Origin: Haliotis cracherodii
Taxonomy: Eukaryota
NCBI RefSeq assembly: GCF_022045235.1
Contig: NW_027266286.1
Coordinates: 68,510,001-68,574,000, forward strand
DNA: 64,000 nt
Direction of reading: 5' to 3'
Shown piece by piece: positions 39,929 through 53,929 of the stretch. Every line of letters begins with the position of its first letter. Within the stretch, counting starts at the first letter, position 1. The notes under the pieces were generated by a model that was not told the origin of the DNA, made no database searches, and saw only the letters and a list, made by a program, of their open reading frames with translations. Position numbers and translations under genes: made by a program.

Positions 39929-42129
39929 CCTGTCAGTTACGTTGTTTATCCACGAGAGAATAAACAATTTAAATGTCTCTTTTGGGATTCACACCGCCTT
40001 ATATACATGTGGTACAGGAAATCAGGATGTTGAATGTAAATGCCCACATTGGAAGATTTTAGTAAATAAAATTCCAATGAGACTTTTTACAACTTTAGAG
40101 CGTGAAGAAGGAATCTCCATTTTGTAATATCACATGGGACAGTGTCACCTGCCTCTCTGTATTAGGCATATCTTCCTGCATAATTATTAAATGCAAACTG
40201 TGTATTTGTGACCTAACCTGGCACCCTGTGGCTATCTCACTGCCGGGAAGCATGATAGATTTAGTGGTTCATCCAATGCAATTACAGCTACAGACCGTTT
40301 TGTGAAAAACTTGAATGGAGATAGAATATTTTAAATGAAGGATAAATGCTGACCTTTAGAATTTCGTTGGGTGCAAGTACTGAGTCTACTAAGCTACCAT
40401 GACTTGGAGTCAAAGGACGTTTATCAACGTATGTCAAATACGACTTTAAAAGCAGAAGTTGTGGGAAGCTAATTATTCATCTATTCAAAATCAAACTTTA
40501 TGTGAAGTTGGATTTTTCAAGTGTGTGATATATTTCAAAGTTTGAATACCTGCCCGAATAATTTCAAAGTCTCATTATTTTCTACAATAAAACAGGGTGA
40601 AAGCTGATGATATACGCTCTTTGGTTTTCTGGCCTATAACACACGAATGAACACAGGGAAATCATTCCATCCCTGCCCATATTACTTTTCAAAGGAACTC
40701 TGCCATCTAAGTTTATCTCGTGTGTGTATATGTGTGTGTTTGGGAGTGTTTGGGAGAGAAAGTTCACGTCACATTTTATGCTATTTCGTAACTGGCCCAA
40801 ACACTAAACAATGATGAAATGCATGAACATTTTCTAAAGAGTGGTCAAATCTCAGCTTTCGAACACCACATGTGGACAGGATATACTTATCCATCACACG
40901 AATACCTGATGAAACCACTATCTCCGCAGGAACATGGATGTGGTGGTAGTTTATGACAGGCACTAGGGGCTTCAACCGTCAATCTATGACCCATGTATGA
41001 CCCCCTTCCTGCCAAGCATTACCCACACCCACCCACCAAGCTATAGCACCAGAGATGAACATTCATCTGGCGTCAGAGCACAATTATTCGTCATTCTTTG
41101 CTATCTACAGTGGCATGCCAAGTCATACTGATTAATATCGCCCTTGCTGACTAACCTGTTACTTATCATTTGAACAGCAATATACCAGTCTGGGTCCACC
41201 AGCTCGACTTCCAAGTAAACGCTGTCAACAACGGTCACTGAAAGTATCGAGCCGAAACACACCCATCGGCCTTCAACTGGGGGTCAAATCATGGGAAGTT
41301 CGAGTCAATATCATGCACACATTTTGGATCAAAACAAATTACCAACACAATACAATGTCCAATCTTGCATTTAAGCTATCACAAGTCACTCCAAACATAT
41401 CTGACACAGACTCAACAACCCATTCAAACGGGGGACTATATTCTCCTATTTACCTTCCGGGTCATGGTAAAACTTAGGGGACGTAACTGTGGTCTCGGGC
41501 CTAGTCTATCTTAGAGCGAATCTGCTCCTTGACCATTCATATTGCGCTGGACTCTTGAAAAAAACAGAAAACAAACCAGTTGGATTTGGTTTAGAGTGGG
41601 CTTTCTCTTGAGATCGTGCCGTTGTATTGGTGGATCGCTGCTCAACTGTATAAGCTCTTAATTCTATCGGCATTGCATGAGTGCATTGAGGCACGTGCCA
41701 CAGTTTTATTTGGACATGCACACGGCTGTAATTATAAGCCAGGTGGACGTTTAGAGGCCATAATGATAGTACGATACTAAATGGGACTTCATGCATTTTC
41801 GGACAGAAACAGTCTACTTGCTTTGTTCAACATGTGTATAGGTTTATTGGCAGGCCTTCGAGGTTCCTAACCTTGGTGGGAATGATTCCAAAGTGACTAT
41901 CACTATGCAGGACACTGAAAAGTAAGTAGGGAAACTAGCTCATACAATCTTGAATTTGATTGTACTTGAAGAAAATATAACCAAAGATATATTTACAATA
42001 TAAACCACAGCTTTATTTGTACTCGTTGAGAAATAGACAGAATGAATGGATGCAGCATGGTGAGTGCAATCGACAAATATGATATCAAATGTCCAGCACT
42101 TGATGTGAATATGATGATCCTTGAATCTT

Positions 42130-42733
42130 TTAACCGTGGTGTCCGCCTCCATGACCACCACCTCCATGACCACCTCCTCCGTGACCACCTCCTCCGTGGC
42201 CACCACCTCCGTGTCCTCCTCCTCCTCCTCCATGGCCACCACCTCCGTGTCCTCCTCCTCCTCCTCCATGGCCACCACCTCCGTGTCCTCCTCCTCCTCC
42301 TCCTCCTCCATGGCCACCACCTCCGTGACCTCCACCACCGTGACCGCCGCCTCCGTGACCACCACCACCACCACCGTGGCCGCCTCCGCCTCCGCCTCCG
42401 TGGCCTCCGCCTCCATGGCCGCCACCACCACCACCATGGCCACCAAGGGCGGAGCCAAGGAAGACTGTGAAGAATGTACAGAAACAACAATACATAAGTG
42501 GTCATATATGACAGGATACACACACACTCACAAAATCCGTCCACCATTCCTGATACAGTTTAGACCATGGTAGAAACTATCCTATTCATTACGTTGTCAG
42601 CAAATCGAAAAGCCACTTAAAACTCAGCAAGAGCTAATAAAGTTGATTATTACAAAGTTTAAGATTGCGAATTCTCATCAGATAAGGCACACTTACCCAA
42701 GACTACAACAACTGCAACGTTAAGAAGGCGCAT
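42130..42733 (-). CDS. Secreted Gly/His-rich protein, copy 16 (exons 42697-42733, 42130-42464; 123 aa)
   Basis: Intact; G8 run. Confidence 0.92.
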
Positions 42734-44932
42734 CCTGTCAGTTACGTTGTTTATCCACGAGAGAATAAACAATTTAAATGTCTCTTTTGGGATTCACACC
42801 GCCTTATATACATGTGGTACAGGAAATCAGGATGTTGAATGTAAATGCCCACATTGGAAGATTTTAGTAAATAAAATTCCAATGAGACTTTTTACAACTT
42901 TAGAGCGTGAAGAAGGAATCTCTATTTTGTAATATCACATGGGACAGTGTCACCTGCCTCTCTGTATTAGGCATATCTTCCTGCATAATTATTAAATGCA
43001 AACTGTGTATTTGTGACCTAACCTGGCACCCTGTGGCTATCTCACTGCCGGGAAGCATGATAGATTTAGTGGTTCATCCAATGCAATTACAGCTACAGAC
43101 CGTTTTGTGAAAAACTTGAATGGAGATAGAATATTTGAAATGAAGGATAAATGCTGACCTTTAGAATTTCGTTGGGTGCAAGTACTGAGTCTACTAAGCT
43201 ACCATGACTTGGAGTCAAAGGACGTTAATCAACGTATGTCAAATACGTCTTTAAAAGCAGAGGTTGTGGGAAGCTAATTATTCATCTATTCATAATCAAA
43301 CTTTATGTGAAGTTGGATTTTTCAAGTGTGTGATATATTTCAAAGTTTGAATACCTGCCCGAATAATTTCAAAGTCTCATTATTTTCTACAATAAAACAG
43401 AGTGAAAGGTGATGATATACGCTCTTTGGTTTTCTGGCCTATAACACATGAATGAACACAGGGAAATCATTCCATCCCTGCCCACATTACTTTTCAAAGG
43501 AACTCTTCCATCTAAGTTTATCTCGTGTGTGTATATGTGTGTGTTTGGGAGTGTTTGGGAGAGAAAGTTCACGTCACATTTTATGCTATTTCGTAACTGG
43601 CCCAAACACTAAACAATGATGAAATGCATGAACATTTTCTAAAGTGGTCAAATCTCAGCTTTCGAACACCACATGTGGACAGGATATACTTATCCATCAC
43701 ACGAATACCTGATGAAACCACTATCTCCGCAGGAACATGGATGTGGTGGTAGTTTATGACAGGCACTAGGGGCTTCAACCGTCAATCTATGACCCATGTA
43801 TGACCCCCTTCCTGCCAAGCATTACCCACACCCACCCACCAAGCTACAGCACCAGAGATGAACATTCATCTGGCGTCAGAGCACAATTATTCGTCATTCT
43901 TTGCTATCTACAGTGGCATGCCAATTCATACTGATTAATATCGCCCTTGCTGACTAACCTGTTACTTATCATTTGAACAGCAATATACCAGTCTGGGTCC
44001 ACCAGCTCGACTTCCAAGTAAACGCTGTCAACAACGGTCACTGAAAGTATCGAGCCGAAACACACCCATCGGCCTTCAACTGGGGGTCAAATCATGGGAA
44101 GTTCGAGTCAATATCATGCACACATTTTGGATCAAAACAAATTACCAACACAATACAATGTCCAATCTTGCATTTAAGCTATCACAAGTCACTCCAAACA
44201 TATCTGACACAGACTCAACAACCCATTCAAACGGGGGACTATATTCTCCTATTTACCTTCCGGGTCATGGTAAAACTTAGGGGACGTAACTGTGGTCTCG
44301 GGCCTAGTCTATCTTAGAGCGAATCTGCTCCTTGACCATTCATATTGCGCTGGACTCTTGAAAAAAACAGAAAACAAACCAGTTGGATTTGGTTTAGAGT
44401 GGGCTTTCTCTTGAGATCGTGCCGTTGTATTGGTGGATCGCTGCTCAACTGTATAAGCTCTTAATTCTATCGGCATTGCATGAGTGCATTGAGGCACGTG
44501 CCACAGTTTTATTTGGACATGCACACGGCTGTAATTATAAGCCAGGTGGACGTTTAGAGGACATAATGATAGTACGATACTAAATGGGACTTCATGCATT
44601 TTCGGACAGAAACAGTCTACTTGCTTTGTTCAACATGTGTATAGGTTTATTGGCAGGCCTTCGAGGTTCCTAACCTTGGTGGGAATGATTCCAAAGTGAC
44701 AATCACTATGCAGGACACTGAAAAGTAAGTAGGGAAACTAGCTCATACAATCTTGAATTTGATTGTACTTGAAGAAAATATAACCAAAGATATATTTACA
44801 ATATAAACCACAGCTTTATTTGTACTCGTTGAGAAATAGACAGAATGAATGGATGCAGCATGGTGAGTGCAATCGACAAATATGATATCAAATGTCCAGC
44901 ACTTGATGTGAATATGATGATCCTTGAATCTT

Positions 44933-45536
44933 TTAACCGTGGTGTCCGCCTCCATGACCACCACCTCCATGACCACCTCCTCCGTGACCACCTCCTCCGT
45001 GGCCACCACCTCCGTGTCCTCCTCCTCCTCCTCCATGGCCACCACCTCCGTGTCCTCCTCCTCCTCCTCCATGGCCACCACCTCCGTGTCCTCCTCCTCC
45101 TCCTCCTCCTCCATGGCCACCACCTCCGTGACCTCCACCACCGTGACCGCCGCCTCCGTGACCACCACCACCACCACCGTGGCCGCCTCCGCCTCCGCCT
45201 CCGTGGCCTCCGCCTCCATGGCCGCCACCACCACCACCATGGCCACCAAGGGCGGAGCCAAGGAAGACTGTGAAGAATGTACAGAAACAACAATACATAA
45301 GTGGTCATATATGACAGGATACACACACACACACAAAATCCGTCCACCATTCCTGATACAGTTTAGACCATGGTAGAAACTATCCTATTCATTACGTTGT
45401 CAGCAAATCGAAAAGCCACTTAAAACTCAGCAAGAGCTAATAAAGTTGATTATTACAAAGTTTAAGATTGCGAATTCTCATCAGATAAGGCACACTTACC
45501 CAAGACTACAACAACTGCAACGTTAAGAAGGCGCAT
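44933..45536 (-). CDS. Secreted Gly/His-rich protein, copy 17 (exons 45500-45536, 44933-45267; 123 aa)
   Basis: Intact; G8 run. Confidence 0.92.
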
Positions 45537-47738
45537 CCTGTCAGTTACGTTGTTTATCCACGAGAGAATAAACAATTTGAATGTCGCCTTTGGGATTCAC
45601 ACCGCCTTATATACATGTGGTACAGGAAATCAGGATGTTGAATGTAAATGCCCACATTGGAAGATTTTGGTAAATAAAATTCCAATGAGACTTTTTACAA
45701 CTTTAGAGCGTGAAGAAGGAATCTCTATTTTGTAATATCACATGGGACAGTGTCACCTGCCTCTCTGTATTAGGCATATCTTCCTGCATAATTATTAAAT
45801 GCAAACTGTGTATTTGTGACCTAACCTGGCACCCTGTGGCTATCTCACTGCCGGGAAGCATGATAGATTTAGTGGTTCATCCAATGCAATTACAGCTACA
45901 GACCGTTTTGTGAAAAACTTGAATGGAGATAGAATATTTTAAATGAAGGATAAATGCTGACCTTTAGAATTTCGTTGGGTGCAAGTACTGAGTCTACTAA
46001 GCTACCATGACTTGGAGTCAAAGGACGTTAATCAACGTATGTCAAATACGTCTTTAAAAGCAGAGGTTGTGGGAAGCTAATTATTCATCTGTTCATAATC
46101 AAACTTTATGTGAAGTTGGATTTTTCAAGTGTGTGATATATTGCAAAGTTTGAATACCTGCCCGAATAATTTCAAAGTCTCATTATTTTCTACAATAAAA
46201 CAGAGTGAAAGGTGATGATATACGCTCTTTGGTTTTCTGGCCTATAACACATGAATGAACACAGGGAAATCATTCCATCCCTGCCCACATTACTTTTCAA
46301 AGGAACTCTTCCATCTAAGTTTATCTCGTGTGTGTATATGTGTGTGTTTGGGAGTGTTTGGGAGAGAAAGTTCACGTCACATTTTATGCTATTTCGTAAC
46401 TGGCCCAAACACTAAACAATGATGAAATGCATGAACATTTTCTAAAGAGTGGTCAAATCTCAGCTTTCGAACACCACATGTGGACAGGATATACTTATCC
46501 ATCACACGAATACCTGATGAAACCACTATCTCCGCAGGAACATGGATGTGGTGGTAGTTTATGACAGGCACTAGGGGCTTCAACCGTCAATCTATGACCC
46601 ATGTATGACCCCCTTCCTGCCAAGCATTACCCACACCCACCCACCAAGCTACAGCACCAGAGATGAACATTCATCTGGCGTCAGAGCACAATTATTCGTC
46701 ATTCTTTGCTATCTACAGTGGCATGCCAATTCATACTGATTAATATCGCCCTTGCTGACTAACCTGTTACTTATCATTTGAACAGCAATATACCAGTCTG
46801 GGTCCACCAGCTCGACTTCCAAGTAAACGCTGTCAACAACGGTCACTGAAAGTATCGAGCCGAAACACACCCATCGGCCTTCAACTGGGGGTCAAATCAT
46901 GGGAAGTTCGAGTCAATATCATGCACACATTTTGGATCAAAACAAATTACCAACACAATACAATGTCCAATCTTGCATTTAAGCTATCACAAGTCACTCC
47001 AAACATATCTGACACAGACTCAACAACCCATTCAAACGGGGGACTATATTCTCCTATTTACCTTCCGGGTCATGGTAAAACTTAGGGGATGGTAACTGTG
47101 GTCTCGGGCCTAGTCTATCTTAGAGCGAATCTGCTCCTTGACCATTCATATTGCGCTGGACTCTTGAAAAAAACAGAAAACAAACCAGTTGGATTTGGTT
47201 TAGAGTGGGCTTTCTCTTGAGATCGTGCCGTTGTATTGGTGGATCGCTGCTCAACTGTATAAGCTCTTAGTTCTATCGGCATTGCATGAGTGCATTGAGG
47301 CACGTGCCACAGTTTTATTTGGACATGCACACGGCTGTAATTATAAGCCAGGTGGACGTTTAGAGGCCATAATGATAGTACGATACTAAATGGGACTTCA
47401 TGCATTTTCGGACAGAAACAGTCTACTTGCTTTGTTCAACATGTGTATAGGTTTATTGGCAGGCCTTCGAGGTTCCTAACCTTGGTGGGAATGATTCCAA
47501 AGTGACAATCACTATGCAGGACACTGAAAAGTAAGTAGGGAAACTAGCTCATACAATCTTGAATTTGATTGTACTTGAAGAAAATATAACCAAAGATATA
47601 TTTACAATATAAACCACAGCTTTATTTGTACTCGTTGAGAAATAGACAGAATGAATGGATGCAGCATGGTGAGTGCAATCGACAAATATGATATCAAATG
47701 TCCAGCACTTGATGTGAATATGATGATCCTTGAATCTT

Positions 47739-48327
47739 TTAACCGTGGTGTCCGCCTCCATGACCACCACCTCCATGACCACCTCCTCCGTGACCACCTC
47801 CTCCGTGGCCACCACCTCCGTGTCCTCCTCCTCCTCCTCCATGGCCACCACCTCCGTGTCCTCCTCCTCCTCCTCCATGGCCACCACCTCCGTGTCCTCC
47901 TCCTCCTCCTCCTCCTCCATGGCCACCACCTCCGTGACCTCCACCACCGTGACCGCCGCCTCCGTGACCACCACCACCACCACCGTGGCCGCCTCCGCCT
48001 CCGCCTCCATGGCCGCCACCACCACCACCATGGCCACCAAGGGCGGAGCCAAGGAAGACTGTGAAGAATGTACAGAAACAACAATACATAAGTGGTCATA
48101 TATGACAGGATACACACACACACACAAAATCCGTCCACCATTCCTGATACAGTTTAGACCATGGTAGAAACTATCCTATTTATTACGTTGTCAGCAAATC
48201 GAAAAGCCACTTAAAACTCAGCAAGAGCTAATAAAGTTGATTATTACAAAGTTTAAGATTGCGAATTCTCATCAGATAAGGCACACTTACCCAAGACTAC
48301 AACAACTGCAACGTTAAGAAGGCGCAT
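47739..48327 (-). CDS. Secreted Gly/His-rich protein, copy 18 (exons 48291-48327, 47739-48058; 118 aa)
   Basis: Intact; same 15-nt in-frame deletion as copy 15, plus the G8 run. Confidence 0.9.
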
Positions 48328-50527
48328 CCTGTCAGTTACGTTGTTTATCCACGAGAGAATAAACAATTTAAATGTCTCTTTTGTGATTCACACCGCCTTA
48401 TATACATGTGGTACAGGAAATCAGGATGTTGAATGTAAATGCCCACATTGGAAGATTTTAGTAAATAAAATTCCAATGAGACTTTTTACAACTTTAGAGC
48501 GTGAAGAAGGAATCTCTATTTTGTAATATCACATACGACACTGCCACCTGCCTCTCTGTATTAGGCATATCTTCCTGCATAATTATTAAATGCAAACTGT
48601 GTATTTGTGACCTAACCTGGCACCCTGTGGCTATCTCACTGCCGGGAAGCATGATAGATTTAGTGGTTCATCCAATGCAATTACAGCTACAGACCGTTTT
48701 GTGAAAAACTTGAATGGAGATAGAATATTTGAAATGAAGGATAAATGCTGACCTTTAGAATTTCGTTGGGTGCAAGTACTGAGTCTACTAAGCTACCATG
48801 ACTTGGAGTCAAAGGACGTTAATCAACGTATGTCAAATACGTCTTTAAAAGCAGAGGTTGTGGGAAGCTAATTATTCATCTGTTCATAATCAAACTTTAT
48901 GTGAAGTTGGATTTTTCAAGTGTGTGATATATTTCAAAGTTTGAATACCTGCCCGAATAATTTCAAAGTCTCATTATTTTCTACAATAAAACAGAGTGAA
49001 AGGTGATGATATACGCTCTTTGGTTTTCTGGCCTATAACACATGAATGAACACAGGGAAATCATTCCATCCCTGCCCACATTACTTTTCAAAGGAACTCT
49101 TCCATCTAAGTTTATCTCGTGTGTGTATATGTGTGTGTTTGGGAGTGTTTGGGAGAGAAAGTTCACGTCACATTTTATGCTATTTCGTAACTGGCCCAAA
49201 CACTAAACAATGATGAAATGCATGAACATTTTCTAAAGAGTGGTCAAATCTCAGCTTTCGAACACCACATGTTGACAGGATATACTTATCCATCACACGA
49301 ATACCTGATGAAACCACTATCTCCGCAGGAACATGGATGTGGTGGTAGTTTATGACAGGCACTAGGGGCTTCAACCGTCAATCTATGACCCATGTATGAC
49401 CCCCTTCCTGCCAAGCATTACCCACACCCACCCACCAAGCTACAGCACCAGAGATGAACATTCATCTGGCGTCAGAGCACAATTATTCGTCATTCTTTGC
49501 TATCTACAGTGGCATGCCAATTCATACTGATTAATATCGCCCTTGCTGACTAACCTGTTACTTATCATTTGAACAGCAAAATACCAGTCTGGGTCCACCA
49601 GCTCGACTTCCAAGTAAACGCTGTCAACAACGGTCACTGAAAGTATCGAGCCGAAACACACCCATCGGCCTTCAACTGGGGGTCAAATCATGGGAAGTTC
49701 GAGTCAATATCATGCACACATTTTGGATCAAAACAAATTACCAACACAATACAATGTCCAATCTTGCATTTAAGCTATCACAAGTCACTCCAAACATATC
49801 TGACACAGACTCAACAACCCATTCAAACGGGGGACTATATTCTCCTATTTACCTTCCGGGTCATGGTAAAACGTAGGGGACGTAACTGTGGTCTCGGGCC
49901 TAGTCTATCTTAGAGCGAATCTGCTCCTTGACCATTCATATTGCGCTGGACTCTTGAAAAAACAGAAAACAAACCAATTGGATTTGGTTTAGAGTGGGCT
50001 TTCTCTTGAGATCGTGCCGTTGTATTGGTGGATCGCTGCTCAACTGTATAAGCTCTTAATTCTATCGGCATTGCATGAGTGCATTGAGGCACGTGCCACA
50101 GTTTTATTTGGACATGCACACGGCTGTAATTATAAGCCAGGTGGACGTTTAGAGGCCATAATGATAGTACGATACTAAATGGGACTTCATGCATTTTCGG
50201 ACAGAAACAGTCTACTTGCTTTGTTCAACATGTGTATAGGTTTATTGGCAGGCCTTCGAGGTTCCTAACCTTGGTGGGAATGATTCCAAAGTGACAATCA
50301 CTATGCAGGACACTGAAAAGTAAGTAGGGAAACTAGCTCATACAATCTTGAATTTGATTGTACTTGAAGAAAATATAACCAAAGATATATTTACAATATA
50401 AACCACAGCTTTATTTGTACTCGTTGAGAAATAGACAGAATGAATGGATGCAGCATGGTGAGTGCAATCGACAAATATGATACCAAATGTCCAGCACTTG
50501 ATGTGAATATGATGATCCTTGAATCTT

Positions 50528-51131
50528 TTAACCGTGGTGTGCGCCTCCATGACCACCACCTCCATGACCACCTCCTCCGTGACCACCTCCTCCGTGGCCA
50601 CCACCTCCGTGTCCTCCTCCTCCTCCTCCATGGCCACCACCTCCGTGTCCTCCTCCTCCTCCTCCATGGCCACCACCTCCGTGTCCTCCTCCTACTCCTC
50701 CTCCTCCATGGCCACCACCTCCGTGACCTCCACCACCGTGACCGCCGCCTCCGTGACCACCACCACCACCACCGTGGCCGCCTCCGCCTCCGCCTCCGTG
50801 GCCTCCGCCTCCATGGCCGCCACCACCACCACCATGGCCACCAAGGACGGAGCCAAGGAAGACTGTGAAGAATGTACAGAAACAACAATACATAAGTGGT
50901 CATATATGACAGGATACACACACACACACAAAATCCGTCCACCATTCCTGATACAGTTTAGACCATGGTAGAAACTATCCTATTCATTACGTTGTCAGCA
51001 AATCGAAAAGCCACTTAAAACTCAGCAAGAGCTAATAAAGTTGATTATTACAAAGTTTAAGATTGCGAATTCTCATCAGATAAGGCACACTTACCCAAGA
51101 CTACAACAACTGCAACGTTAAGAAGGCGCAT
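50528..51131 (-). CDS. Secreted Gly/His-rich protein, copy 19 (exons 51095-51131, 50528-50862; 123 aa)
   Basis: Intact; A18V in the signal peptide, one Gly->Val, C-terminus GGAHHG. Confidence 0.9.
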
Positions 51132-53321
51132 CCTGTCAGTTACGTTGTTTATCCACGAGAGAATAAACAATTTGAATGTCGCCTTTGGGATTCACACCGC
51201 CTTATATACATGTGGTACAGGAAATCAGGATGTTGAATGTAAATGCCCACATTGGAAGATTTTAGTAAATAAAATTCCAATGAGACTTTTTACAACTTTA
51301 GAGCGTGAAGAAGGAATCTCTATTTTGTAATATCACATACGACACTGCCACCTGCCTCTCTGTATCAGGCATATCTTTCTGCATAATTATTAAATGCAAA
51401 CTGTGTATTTGTGACCTAACCTGGCACCCTGTGGCTATCTCACTGCCGGGAAGCATGATAGATTTAGTGGTTCATCCAATGCAATTACAGCTACAGACCG
51501 TTTTGTGAAAAACTTAAATGGAGATAGAATATTTGAAATGAAGGATAAATGCTGACCTTTAGAATTTCGTTGGGTGCAAGTACTGAGTCTACTAAGCTAC
51601 CATGACTTGGAGTCAAAAAACGTTTATCAACGTATGTCAAATACGTCTTTAAAAGCAGAGGTTGTGGGAAGCTAATTATTCATCTATTCATAATCAAACT
51701 TTATGTGAAGTTGGATTTTTCAAGTGTGTGATATATTTCAAAGTTTGAATACCTGCCCGAATAATTTCAAAGTCTCATTACTTTCTACAATAAAACAGGG
51801 TGAAAGCTGATGATATACGCTCTTTGGTTTTCTGACCTATAACACATGAATGAGCACAGGGAAATCATGCCATCCCTGCCCACATTACTTTTCAAAGGAA
51901 CTCTTCCATCTAAGTTTATCTCGTGTGTGTATATGTGTGTGTTTTGGAGAGAAAGTTCACGTCACATTTTATGCTATTTCGTAACTGGCCCAAACACTAA
52001 ACAATGATGAAATGCATGAACATTTTCTAAAGAGTGGTCAAATCTCAGCTTTCGAACACCACATGTGGACAGGATATACTTATCCATCACACGAATACCT
52101 GATGAAACCACTATCTCCGCAGGAACATGGATGTGGTGGTAGTTTGTGACAGGCACTAGGGGCTTCAACCGTCAATCTATGACCCATGTATGACCCCCTT
52201 CCTGCCAAGCATTACCCACACCCACCCACCAAACAACAGCACCAGAGATGAACATTCATCTGGCGTCAGAGCACAATTATTCGTCATTCTTTGCTATCTA
52301 CAGTGGCATGCCAGTTCATACTGATTAATATCGCCCTTGCTGACTAACCTGTTACTTATCATTTGAACAGCAAAATACCAGTCTGGGTCCACCAGCTCGA
52401 CTTCCAAGTAAACGCTGTCAACAACGGTCACTGAAAGTATCGAGCCGAAACACACCCATCGGCCTTCAACTGGGGGTCAAATCATGGGAAGTTCGAGTCA
52501 ATATCATGCACACATTTTGGATCAAAACAAATTACCAACACAATACAATGTCCAATCTTGCATTTAAGCTATCACAAGTCACTCCAAACATATCTGACAC
52601 AGACTCAACAACCCATTCAAACGGGGGACTATATTCTCCTATTTACCTTCCGGGTCATGGTAAAACGTAGGGGACGTAACTGTGGTCTCGGGCCTAGTCT
52701 ATCTTAGAGCGAATCTGCTCCTTGACCATTCATATTGCGCTGGACTCTTGAAAAAACAGAAAACAAACCAATTGGATTTGGTTTAGAGTGGGCTTTCTCT
52801 TGAGATCGTGCCGTTGTATTGGTGGATCGCTGCTCAACTGTATAAGCTCTTAATTCTATCGGCATTGCATGAGTGCATTGAGGCACGTGCCACAGTTTTA
52901 TTTGGACATGCACACGGCTGTAATTATAAGCCAGGTGGACGTTTAGAGGCCATAATGATAGTACGATACTAAATGGGACTTCATGCATTTTCGGACAGAA
53001 ACAGTCTACTTGCTTTGTTCAACATGTGTATAGGTTTATTGGCAGGCCTTCGAGGTTCCTAACCTTGGTGGGAATGATTCCAAAGTGACAATCACTATGC
53101 AGGACACTGAAAAGTAAGTAGGGAAACTAGCTCATACAATCTTGAATTTGATTGTACTTGAAGAAAATATAACCAAAGATATATTTACAATATAAACCAC
53201 AGCTTTATTTGTACTCGTTGAGAAATAGACAGAATGAATGGATGCAGCATGGTGAGTGCAATCGACAAATATGATACCAAATGTCCAGCACTTGATGTGA
53301 ATATGATGATCCTTGAATCTT

Positions 53322-53929
53322 TTAACCGTGGTGTGCGCCTCCATGACCACCACCTCCATGACCACCTCCTCCGTGACCACCTCCTCCGTGGCCACCACCT
53401 CCGTGTCCTCCTCCTCCTCCTCCATGGCCACCACCTCCGTGTCCTCCTCCTCCTCCTCCATGGCCACCACCTCCGTGTCCTCCTCCTCCTCCTCCTCCTT
53501 CATGGCCACCACCTCCGTGACCTCCACCACCGTGACCGCCGCCTCCGTGACCACCACCACCACCACCGTGGCCGCCTCCGCCTCCGCCTCCGTGGCCTCC
53601 GCCTCCATGGCCGCCACCACCACCACCATGGCCACCAAGGGCGGAGCCAAGGAAGACTGTGAAGAATGTACAGAAACAACAATACATAAGTGGTCATATA
53701 TGACAGGATACACACACACACACACACAAAATCCGTCCACCATTCCTGATACAGTTTAGACCATGGTAGAAACTATCCTATTCATTACGTTGTCAGCAAA
53801 TCGAAAAGCCACTTAAAACTCAGCAAGAGCTAATAAAGTTGATTATTACAAAGTTTAAGATTGCGAATTCTCATCAGATAAGGCACACTTACCCAAGACT
53901 ACAACAACTGCAACGTTAAGAAGGCGCAT
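53322..53929 (-). CDS. Secreted Gly/His-rich protein, copy 20 (exons 53893-53929, 53322-53656; 123 aa)
   Basis: Intact; Gly->Glu, C-terminus GGAHHG; intron 4 nt longer. Confidence 0.9.
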
